Shown: in pieces, positions 38,572 through 50,500 of the stretch | Position numbering within the stretch: the first letter of the stretch is position 1 | Layout: every line of letters starts with the position of its first letter | From: Eledone cirrhosa | Lineage: Eukaryota | Length of the DNA: 64,000 nucleotides | Assembly (NCBI GenBank): GCA_964016885.1 | Contig: OZ024741.1 | Span: 154,442,001 to 154,506,000, forward strand | Direction of reading: 5' to 3' | Made by a program: the position numbers and the translations under genes | Notes under the pieces: model-generated | Databases searched by the model: none | What the model saw: the letters and a program-made list of their open reading frames with translations, nothing else | Told to the model about the DNA's origin: nothing

Positions 38572-38717
38572 TAATTATATAAGCACAAGCATGGCTGTGT
38601 GGTTAAGAAGTTTGCTTCACAACCATGTTTTCAAGTTTTGTCCCACTGCATGGCACAATGTATTTTTGTGTGTACAAATATTTTCGAGTTAGCCAATACC
38701 TTCTAAGTGAAAAAAAA

Positions 38718-38765
<48 letters not shown>

Positions 38766-39565
38766 CTAGCAGTGGTACCCGGCGTTGCACGGGATAAGGT
38801 ATTGTAAAATATATAACTGCCTTAGCTAAGCTTAGTATTGCCACGACCACGGCTGACAAAGAAGTAAGGGTCTGGTGGTACGTAAGTAAGCAACACTGGC
38901 TTAAAACGTGAGGAAGAAGGGCGATATCCAATTTTAGCGGCCTAAATGCCGCTTACTTGCTGTAGTTGCTGCTTACTTCAATGTATGAGGCTATTCCAAC
39001 AAATTTACATTCCCCCTTTTTTAGCCGTTAAAAGAAATATAGATTTATTTTTTTTTTTTTTTTTTGCGATTTATTTGCCAATGGAGCATAGATTTCTTTA
39101 TTTGCCCCTTTTTTGTTTGTTTGTTTTTTTGCGATTTATTAGCCTTTTGGGGTCACACACACCCTCGTAGAAAGTGTGCGACCTTTCTGCCAGGGAGCAC
39201 AGAGAGAGGGGGGGGGTGCTCCCTTCTTCTCTTACCTGTACAAGCCGATATAGAGAGATGGCCCACTTACACGGGCCATTATTGCTACTTTCACCAATCT
39301 TTCATGGAATTGGCTGGGACTGAGTGCCCTTTTCTCCACCTTGATCCTTCTTTCGAAGTGGTATCGGAAGAAGAGGACCATTTGTTGGCCGGCGACATAT
39401 CCCTACAGTTTCCTCGTTGCAAACGCATCTGGGACATTTCTTTTCCAAGGGGTTTCCGTCCCGGAATCCGTGTCTGTAGAGCCTTTCCTGAACGGGCAGG
39501 GCCCCTCGGTATAATAGTAAGTATTAGTGGTTGTAATAAAAATGCAATCAAAATGTAATAAATAC

Positions 39566-39701
39566 CTTCACTGATTTCTTTCCTTATATTATCAACAGAA
39601 GTTGGTATGTCACCCAAAGTTCGCTTTGTATGTTCCCGAATAGCAGTGAATTTTGATAAAACTGTTTCTAATTCCTTCTCCACAGTAAGACAAATATCCA
39701 T
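39566..39701 (-). pseudogene. RMND5: Captured RMND5-like exon, left arm (inverted copy)
   Basis: Exact reverse complement of 39875-40010. Confidence 0.8.
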
Positions 39702-39874
39702 GTGTAGTCCAAAAAGATATAAATCTTTAAAAAAATTATAATAATTCTTTATTATTATTTTCTTTTTCTGTAAATAATTATTTTTCTATATATCTCAAAC
39801 CCTGCCAAACACCACATCTGTCCATCTGTAAATTTAAATGACTGTTCTTTCATACTTATCCTCTTCAACTACAC

Positions 39875-40010
39875 ATGGATATTTGTCTTACTGTGGAGAA
39901 GGAATTAGAAACAGTTTTATCAAAATTCACTGCTATTCGGGAACATACAAAGCGAACTTTGGGTGACATACCAACTTCTGTTGATAATATAAGGAAAGAA
40001 ATCAGTGAAG
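39875..40010 (+). pseudogene. RMND5: Captured first coding exon of an RMND5 (GID2, CTLH E3 ligase)-like gene, right arm
   Basis: MDICLTVEKELETVLSKF...IRKEISE resembles the RMND5A/B N-terminus (MDQCVTVERELEKVLHKF, recalled); ends G|gtattt followed by AT-rich intron-like DNA; no further exons seen. Confidence 0.8.
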
Positions 40011-40064
40011 GTATTTATTACATTTTGATTGCATTTTTATTACAACCACTAATACTTACTATTA

Positions 40065-40450
40065 TACCGAGGGGCCATGCCCGTTTGGGAAAGGCTCTAC
40101 AGACACGGATTCCGGGACGGAAACCCCTTGGAAAAGAAATGTCCCAGATGCGTTTGCAATGAGGAAACTGTGGGGATATGTTGCCGGCCAACAAATGGTC
40201 CTCTTCTTCCGATACCACTTCGAAAGAAGGATCAAGGTGGAGAAAAAGGCACTCAGTCCCAGCCAATTCCATGAAAGATTGGTGAAAGTAGCAATAATGG
40301 CCCATGTAAGTGGGCCATCTCTCTATATCGGCTTGTACAGGTAAGAGAAGGGAGCACCCCCCTCTCTCTGTGCTCCCTGGCAGAAAGGTCGCACACTTTC
40401 TACGGGGGTGTGTGTGACCCCAAAAGGCTAATAAATCGCAAAAAAAAACA
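40065..40450 (+). mobile_element. 3' fragment of a Tx1/L1-type LINE (Zn-knuckle C-terminus, 3'UTR, AATAAA + poly(A)); mirrored at 39124-39511
   Basis: Two-arm consensus reads YRGALPVRERLYRHG...CPRC...EETV, then ...FFRYHFERRIKVEKKALSPSQFHER...; followed by ctaataaatcgc(a)n. Confidence 0.65.
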
Positions 40451-40991
40451 AAACAAACAAAAAAAGGGGCAAATAAAGAAATCTATGCCCCAGTGGCAAA
40501 TAAATCGCAAAAAAAAAAACCATAAATAAATCTATATTTCTTTTAACGGCTAAAAAAAGGGGAATGTAAATTTGTTGGAATAGCCTCATACATTGAAGTA
40601 AGCAGCAACTACAGCAAGTAAGCGGCATTTAGGTCGCTAAAATTGGATATCGCCGGAAGAAGTTGTGTGCACTTACTAACTGTTTGGGGAATGAGTGTGA
40701 GATTTGTCTTGAGCAAGGGTGGCAGAATAACCAGAGGCAGCAGACAGCCAGACATACAGACATATTATAAGGGCGCGTTTTGGACGCAGAGAGAATTGTA
40801 GGAAGTGACGTAATGCAGACAGCCAGACATATCGCCTAATGCGGTCCCTAGGGAATTGAAAATTAGAAATTTTTTTTGCTCAGAACACTCCCTGAAACAA
40901 GTATTACATGTGTAAAATTTGAAAACAGGCGGTTGGGTGCTTCTCTAGTTTTAGGGATTCAAACTCACGCACACACAGACAGATATCCTTA

Positions 40992-41026
<35 letters not shown>

Positions 41027-41260
41027 ATCATCATCATCATCATCATCATCATCTTCTTTCAGGTTTTTGCAGAAAAGTGACTCAAATTTAAAGTATTTGA
41101 CAAGCTGTATTCAATTGACAGTTGGTATTGTCTTGTGGTAATCGTAGAATTCAAAAGTACAGGAATTTTGTTTTTGTATGTGTGTAGCTTTTTTTTTGTT
41201 GTTTCTTGCTAGTTGGGAAAACATTAACAACAACAATAAAAAAAAATCATTATTAGTAAA

Positions 41261-41447
41261 AGGGCGGTGAATTGGCAGTATCGGTAGAGAGTCGGACATA
41301 CTTTCCAGCATAGTTACGTCCCTTTACGATCTGAGTTCAAATCCCGCCAAGGTTAACTTTGCATTTCATCCTTACGGGGTCGATAAAATAAAGTACCAGT
41401 AATGTACTGGGTTATTGCTGGTCTTGTGCCAAAAGTAGAAACAATTA
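41261..41447 (+). mobile_element. tRNA-related SINE family A (full copy with TSD); other copies at ~6020-6197(+), 18112-18297(-), 22668-22856(-), 28020-28126(-), 28308-28414(-), 34830-34925(+), 37718-37885(-), 41571-41757(-), 62185-62335(+)
   Basis: A-box-like TGGCAGTATCGG and B-box GAGTTCAAATC; shared core gcctttcatccttacggggtcgataaaat; TSDs attattagtaaaagg (41249/41444) and acaaaggaaatataat (18100/18297). Confidence 0.9.
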
Positions 41448-42399
41448 TTAGTAAAAGGCTAAATAAATGTTTGTTCATATTTCATGTTGTGGATGACTGG
41501 GTGGGTCACTTGAGAGAGATACGTTATATATACACACACACAGACAGTTAACTAGAGCACAATAATAAAATAATTGTTTCTACTTTTGGTACAAGGCCAG
41601 CAATTACCCAGTACATTACTGGTACTTTATTTTATCGACCACGTAAGGATGAAAGGCAAAGTTAACCTCGGCGGGATTTGAACTCAGAATGGCAAGGGCC
41701 GTAACTCTATGCGTCAAAGCATCGCGTCCGATCCTCTACCAATACTGCCAATCCACCATGATTTACGGTCAACGTTCAAATACTTGTCCCAGGACGCAAA
41801 ATAAACAAAATAGAATTGTATAAATAATATATAGATATACAGTATATATGTATATATATTGAACTAATTAACTATCTATACCTGACTTCTGTTTTTTTAT
41901 TTTTTATTGTTCTATTCACAAACATATATACATATATACATATATATATACATATACTTGCAAGCAAGGAAAAGTGGACGTAAAATGATGATGATGATGA
42001 TATATATACATACGTATATATATATATATAAGTAAGTATATTTTGAAATTAGAATTAGAAGCTTTTGTCATATTTTTTGACTAAAGAAATTTTAGCCTGC
42101 TAATTATATATATATATGTATGTATCTGGTGCTGAAAGTGTTAATGAAAAGAAATGACAATACAATTTTGTGTTCAGAGGTTTAGCAATGTTAAGATAAC
42201 AAAAATGAAGGAAAAAGTGGTTGTCATAAACTAATCAGTATTTATGCATTCCCTTTTTACTAGAAACACTAAAATGTTTTTAAACCTCTTCTTTACCACA
42301 GATATGGTAACACAGTAACTCTGCTTAGAAGGTTATGCTGAAGGACTTCTCACAGCTTACATTGAAATAGTTCTATTGTATACATATATCTTTTTCACC

Positions 42400-43090
42400 C
42401 ACTTATTCCTGAGAGGGTCATGGGAGCAGAGTCCTCACTCTTCCAGCAGATCCTGTCAGAAGCAACCATCTCCAACTGATTTGGCTGGATCCCCAAGCGA
42501 GACCAGCCAAGCTCATGGATGTTATCCAATCATCTTGCTTAGGGTCTACCCCTGGGTCGCCTGCCTGTTTGTTTTGCCCGTAAAATCTTTCCAGTGATTA
42601 TTTCCTGAGACATTCTTACAATATCAGGGCTGTGATCTCTCAATTTGAAGAAGCTGCGGCTCTGCCTGGAGTGACTCTGATTTCTGAGATATGCACTCTA
42701 TTGAATAATGTTACTCCAAAGACCTTTTGGAGGAACCCCAGTTTGGCCACTTGTATTTGCGATTGTATTCCTTTGGTCATTACTCCAGATTCATGACCAT
42801 TGGTAAGGGTTGGCACGAATACCGAATTGAAGACAGCAAGTTTGGCTTTTGCATCTACCTCCTTTCTGATGACCGAATGCTGAAGCTGGCGCATTACAGC
42901 ACCAGCTCCCGCAATTTTTGCACTTAATTCAGCCTCCTGCCTTCCATCATATGTGAACATGGTCCCAAAATACTCGAACTTCTCCACCTGCTTCAGCTGA
43001 GCTCCATTCACATATAGAGTGCACTGGACAGGCTTCCCTGAGAGAACGAGTATCAGTTTTCACAGCACTGATTTTCATTCCAGCCATGCA
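42400..43090 (-). mobile_element. RTE/BovB-like LINE fragment
   Basis: LKQVEKFEYFG...KAKLAVFNSVFVPTLTNGHES. Confidence 0.8.
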
Positions 43091-45187
43091 GCACACTGTA
43101 AATGTGGTTGATGTTAAGGAAGGGCTGTGGTGATGTATATATGCATGTGACTCTGCCTATATCACTTAACGATTGCTAACTCCTGTGTGTGTACTTGTAT
43201 GTGTTTGCACAAATATATATAGTTGTTAATTGTGGCACATGTATACCTACACACATACCCAACTGGTCACCTTTTGTCACTCCCTATATTGGTCAGCCTG
43301 CACACTCCATCACTTCCAGTAGCAATGCTGGAATTGTTAGAGGCTGATGTAAATTAGACCTTCCTACATTCACACCTTTATACAAACACACATACACACA
43401 CATATATATCAAATGAACTATGGAAATCTTGTTCACACTGCTTTCTGTCTGCACATAACTAGACGCCAAGGTCACCCACTAGTGCCTCACCCTGCTGTTA
43501 CAACACGACGCTCGCTATACAGCCAATGAAATTGATTGGATATCAAACAAAGAGCAAATGTACCCAACACACACAGACACAGCAGAAAAATATAAGAAAA
43601 CATTTTCTAAAAAAAAAGATTCAACATTGGAAGTAAATGCGACTTGGATGCATATATGTATTTTCATGAAGGCTGAAGATTGTTGGTGCTCGAGAGATTA
43701 ATCAGATACAATCATGAAACTGAGTACTGACAAAAACATGCTTTGTTGCCATGTATTTTAAGTAATATAAACTATCCATATATTTACACATCGAAAGTCT
43801 CATTTTTTCATAATTACAAATCAAATTCAGATAATGATATATGTACATATATACACACACAGAGCACTGCACAAAGAGTTCAAAGGTCTGGTAATCTGAA
43901 GATTGGTTAATGTGTGGGTAATGCATGGGCGAAGAATTCCAAGACTCTGTGTATATATCCAGACTCGAATGTCAGGTAGACCACGTAAGTGTGGAAAAAT
44001 AGTTAAAGAAAGGACAACACAAACATAGGGATGCAAAAACACAAAGTCTTATTAGTATCATGCTTAGGAGGAAGTAGAGGAGAAGACCTGTAAACTCTTT
44101 CTGTCCGATGGGGAGATCACCCACCCACTTTGGGGTGGTTGAGAAATGTCTTCCTTTGTGAAAATGGGTATAGCTTTCATTATGTAAAATCTCCCCGTTT
44201 TTGGGCACTTTTTTCCATCGTTTGGGTTTTTAGAGGTTGGCAGGTCTGGAGGTAGGTTTGGCACTTCGGATATAAGTCCTTCTTCAAGAAAAAAAGAGTT
44301 TGGAGAGAAAGAGAACAGGTTGGAACATCGGAGTTTAGAAAAAGATTTTAAGAAGGTTGGGGGTGGTAGACGAGTGAATTGGGGCCAAGGTGGAGAGGAC
44401 AGGAGTGTCATGGGTGTGATTATATGTGTACCAATGGAGTGAATTTTGTAGATGTGAATTATTGCTTCTGTCTATGTGTGTACATAGGCATGTCTATGAG
44501 TCTTTATATTACTGGTGTGTATGTATCAGTGAATTCTTTGTTTTTTTTTTGTTCATGTGTGTTTATGAATGAGTGTATCTGTGTATGTTTGTGTGTGTGT
44601 GAACATGCGTACATGTGTATATTTTTGTAAGGGTGTGTGTATATGTGTATGAGTGTGTGTATATGTGTTTCGATGGATGTGTTAGGGTTCTTTTGTGTTT
44701 TATGTGTGTATGTGCATGAGTGTACATTTATGTTTATATTCACGTGTGTTAGGATTCTTTTGTATTTATGTCTGTATGTACGTTTGTGTGCGTGTAGTTT
44801 TTGTGTATATGTGAGTATGTGTATGTGTCTCAACATGTGTGTTTGTGACTTTTTAAATATAGTTTGTATGTTGTATCGGAATTCTTTTGTTTTTTTGTGT
44901 GCATGTATGTGCACGTAAGTGTGTTCATGTCTGTGTGTGAGCGTATACGAATATACACGTGTATGTCCGAATAATTTTCATGAGCAAACTGGTCAGCATG
45001 ATGATGTTATTGAAGTGACAAGAGATGAAGTGGTCAGGGGAGAAAGAGTGAGGAGGGGCTGGTTGTAGCGCATGCAGAATGGAAGTGGTTTGGGAGGGAG
45101 CTGTGGTGGAAGCGTGTATGAGTATTTGTGGTATAAAGGTGGAATGTAAATGTAGTGTTAGTCCCTGTGTTTGTGCTGTTATATCTT

Positions 45188-45237
<50 letters not shown>

Positions 45238-45424
45238 TGCTGGACACACGAGCAGAAGGACGTGTGTTTTTCCTGCCGGCAGCATATCACTAAATCGGAT
45301 TTAATCTGAGGATAACGTTCTCATAACAACAAATGCATGAAGGACTTCTAGATTACATGCAGAACCATGGAAATAATTTTATAATGATTAAACGATTTAT
45401 GTAACATCAGTATTATTATTTTTG

Positions 45425-45471
<47 letters not shown>

Positions 45472-47165
45472 CATCCCATATACATACACGCACTCACACA
45501 CATATATGCATGCACACGTGCACACACACACATGTTTTTCTTTTAATCTTATATCTGATTTTATTTTATTGTTTTCGTTCTCGCTCACGCCCTCTGATTT
45601 TCTCCCTTTATTTATCTTCTCTCTCACTTGTCTCTCCCCACTCTTCTACTCTACAAATCCCTATACAAAGTTCTCTTATTTGATCTCTTGCTTTCAAAAT
45701 ACTTCTAGCATGTGAATAACCAGAAGTAAACAAAAATTCGAGAAACTTGTTTAAACTTAACGTAATGGAAACTCATTACATAATGGAGTTGTGAAACAAA
45801 AGCTATACTCTAAACGACACTTAAAACATTTTAAACATAACAAATATTAAAACGTCCTAAATATATTTTACATTCACGAGAATTTCAAAACCACGCCATT
45901 TAAACACAATGTGTTGCTTAGCTGCCTCAACTTATAAACTGGGTTTACATTTCTACCTATTTCTCAGATATAAAATACGGGTCGAGTGTATGCAGTACAT
46001 TAAAAAATATAAACTTACAGACACGAGTTACTCCCCCTGAATAACAAAAATACCAAAGTGATCCTTACATTATTATTACCTCCCTTGCACTTGATGCGAC
46101 CACACGTATGAAATAACATCTTATTTTTGCCTGAAAGATAAGCAACACCAGCAAATATAGTGTCTCGATGACTTATGCCAGAATAAGCTGCGAAACCTTA
46201 GGTACCAAGCAACTGTGTTGAGAAATTATTTATAATGATATATGTTGGCTCTGTACTTAACATAGAGTGCTCTTTTCTCTTATATATGAAAACTGTTGAC
46301 ACTGCACTACGCACACACGCACACACACATATGGTTGCCGTTATCTATTCAAGTGTTTATTTCTGGGTGTTGTGTCTCCCCCAGCTCAATCAACAAATTG
46401 TGGTGTAAACAGGATGAAGCACTCTATATTGGTAGTATGTATTCACCATTGATATGCGATCATGTCTGATATGATAGAGTGCTGTTATACGAATAAACGT
46501 TATGACAGGTTGTGTTAATTATAATTATTATGTGCATTTCAGTAACACCAACACATTGCAATTGCAACAACTGGCATGACATCATCATACAGTTACATAC
46601 GAATGATTATGCATAAAGTCTATAACAGAAAAAAGTTGTTGATATGCATCCAGTAGCGACACAGTTCCATATATATATTGTGTTGACTTCTATAGCAAGC
46701 TAGCTCACACTCATAGGTTAGTTGGGTTGTCTTTTTTTGTGATTTGAAAGGTCAGATGACCATGCCATAATCATACATTATACTTTTGGCATGGTTTCTA
46801 TGACTGGATGCTCTTCCTAATGCCAACCACATTACAAGTTGTACTGGGTGCTTTTTATTGTGGCAGTAGCATACAACTGTACAGAGTAAATTGAGTGCAT
46901 TTCATCATGATACCTGCATTACCACTTTATTGGGTGTACTGGTACATTTTATGATACCAGCTCTACCACTTTAATGAGTGTACTGAATTCATTTTATCAT
47001 GGTACTAGTACTACCATTTGACAGGGTGTACTGGGGAAATTTTATCATAGCACAAGCACTACCACCCACCACTCACACCCCTTTTAAGTACTATCATAGA
47101 CTGTGATACAGTTATTCAATTCTTGTTAGAACCTACAGTGCTGAGCCACTATGCAAATTCATCTT

Positions 47166-47310
47166 CTCTTCAAAGAACTCTCTCTCACTCTAATATGTTA
47201 AGTTTATCCCACTCTTCAAAGAACTCTCTCTCACTCTAATATGTTCACTGTTTATCCCACTCTTCAAAGAATTCTCTGTTTCTCTAATATGTTCACTCTC
47301 TCTGACTCTA
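47166..47310 (+). repeat. 46-48 bp tandem repeat, 3 copies
   Basis: ctcttcaaagaa... starts at 47166, 47212 and 47260. Confidence 0.9.
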
Positions 47311-47559
47311 ATGTGTTGACTGACTGTGTAATCACAACTTTTGAGAACTGATTCCATCCTCCAACAAACACCACCAACACTACCACCACAACCATCATTA
47401 TTTCCATTACCACTGACACCACAATCATCATCTCTACCGCCTTTACCTACAATACCACTACCATCACCACTACCATCACAACCACCACCACTACCACCAC
47501 TACCATCACCACTACCATCACAACCACCACCACTACCACCACCACCATCACCATCATAA

Positions 47560-50500
47560 CCACTGACACCACAATCATCATCTCTACTGCCTTTACCTAC
47601 AATACCACTACCATCACCACTACCATCACAACCACCACCACTACCATCACCACCATCACCATCATAACCACTGGCACCGCAATCATCATCTCTACCACTT
47701 ATCCCTACAATACCACCACCATCATAACCACTACCACCACCACCACCACCATCACTATAACCATTACCATCATAACCACAGGCACCACAATCCTCATCTC
47801 TACCACTATACCTACAATACCACCACCACTACCACCATCACAACCACAGGCACCACAATCCTCATCTCTACCACTATACCTACAATACCACCACCACCAC
47901 TACCAGCATCACAACCACTGGCACCACAATCATCATCTCTACCACTGTACCTACAATACCACTACCACCATCACAACCACTGGCACCACAATCATCATCT
48001 CTACCACTATACCTACAATACCACCACCACCACCACCACTACCAGCATCACAACCACTGGCACCACAATCCTCATCTCTACCACTATACCTACAATACCA
48101 CCACCACCACCACTACCAGCATCACAACCACTGGCACCACAATCCTCATCTCTACCACTATACCTACAATACCACCACCACCACCACTACCAGCATCACA
48201 ACCACTGGCACCACAATCCTCATCTCTACCACTATACCTACAATACCACCACCACCACCACTACCACCATCACAACCACTGGCACCACAATCATCATCTC
48301 TACCACTATACCTACAATACCACCACCACCACCACTACCACCGTCACAACCACTGGCACCACAATCATCATCTCTACCACTATACCTACAATACCACCAC
48401 CACCACCACTACCACCGTCACAACCACTGGCACCACAATCATCATCTCTACCACTATACCTACAATACCACCACCACCACCACTACCACCGTCACAACCA
48501 CTGGCACCACAATCATCATCTCTACCACTATACCTACAATACCACCACCACCACCACTACCACCATCACAACCACTGGCACCACAATCATCATCTCTACC
48601 ACTATACCTACAATACCACCACCACCACCACCATCACAACCACTGGCACCACAATCATCATCTCTACCACTATACCTACAATACCACCACCACCACCACT
48701 ACCACCATCACAACCACTGGCACCACGATCATCATCTCTACCACTATACCTACAATACCACCACCACCACCACTACCACCGTCACAACCACTGGCACCAC
48801 AATCATCATCTCTACCACTATACCTACAATACCACCACCACCACCACTACCACCGTCACAACCACTGGCACCACGATCATCATCTCTACCACTATACCTA
48901 CAATACCACCACCACCACCACTACCACCGTCACAACCACTGGCACCACGATCATCATCTCTACCACTATACGTACAATACCACCACCACCACCACTACCA
49001 CCGTCACAACCACTGGCACCACAATCATCATCTCTACCACTATACCTACAATACCACCACCACCACCACCACTACCACCGTCACAACCACTGGCACCACA
49101 ATCATCATCTCTACCACTGTACCTACAATACCACCACCACCACCACTACCACCATCACAACCACTGGCACCACAATCATCATCTCTACCACTATACCTAC
49201 AATACCACCACCACCACTACCAGCATCACAACCACTGGCACCACAATCATCATCTCTACCACTGTACCTACAATACCACTACCACCATCACAACCACTGG
49301 CACCACAATCATCATCTCTACCACTATACCTACAATACCACCACCACCACTACCAGCATCACAACCACTGGCACCACAATCATCATCTCTACCACTGTAC
49401 CTACAATACCACTACCACCATCACAACCACTGGCACCACAATCATCATCTCTACCACTATACCTACAATACCACCACCACCACCACCACTACCAGCATCA
49501 CAACCACTGGCACCACAATCCTCATCTCTACCACTATACCTACAATACCACCACCACCACCACTACCAGCATCACAACCACTGGCACCACAATCCTCATC
49601 TCTACCACTATACCTACAATACCACCACCACCACCACTACCAGCATCACAACCACTGGCACCACAATCCTCATCTCTACCACTATACCTACAATACCACC
49701 ACCACCACCACTACCACCATCACAACCACTGGCACCACAATCATCATCTCTACCACTATACCTACAATACCACCACCACCACCACTACCACCGTCACAAC
49801 CACTGGCACCACAATCATCATCTCTACCACTATACCTACAATACCACCACCACCACCACTACCACCGTCACAACCACTGGCACCACAATCATCATCTCTA
49901 CCACTATACCTACAATACCACCACCACCACCACTACCACCGTCACAACCACTGGCACCACAATCATCATCTCTACCACTATACCTACAATACCACCACCA
50001 CCACCACTACCACCATCACAACCACTGGCACCACAATCATCATCTCTACCACTATACCTACAATACCACCACCACCACCACCATCACAACCACTGGCACC
50101 ACAATCATCATCTCTACCACTATACCTACAATACCACCACCACCACCACTACCACCATCACAACCACTGGCACCACGATCATCATCTCTACCACTATACC
50201 TACAATACCACCACCACCACCACTACCACCGTCACAACCACTGGCACCACAATCATCATCTCTACCACTATACCTACAATACCACCACCACCACCACTAC
50301 CACCGTCACAACCACTGGCACCACGATCATCATCTCTACCACTATACCTACAATACCACCACCACCACCACTACCACCGTCACAACCACTGGCACCACGA
50401 TCATCATCTCTACCACTATACCTACAATACCACCACCACCACCACTACCACCGTCACAACCACTGGCACCACAATCATCATCTCTACCACTATACCTACA

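Larger units (their letters stand above)
38920..40654. repeat. Long inverted repeat: arms 38920-39708 and 39868-40654, 159-bp spacer
   Basis: The arms are reverse complements from ggcgatatccaatttt to catgtgtagt/actacacatg. Confidence 0.97.
38766..41005 (-). mobile_element. Non-autonomous Helitron of the same family carrying a ~1.7 kb palindromic cargo
   Basis: ctagcagtggtacccggcgttgcacgggataaggtatt is identical to the 1923 terminus; 40835-41000 matches 2392-2565; the 5' TC end is obscured by a (TA)n run. Confidence 0.85.

Noticed and set aside
39566-40010. Functional RMND5 gene
   Set aside because: Only the first exon is present, it is duplicated in inverse orientation inside Helitron termini, and no downstream exons were recognised on either strand.
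46370-46620. Possible small exons (cccccag|..., tttcag|...)
   Set aside because: Short frames with early stops and no recognisable protein; cannot be supported from sequence alone.
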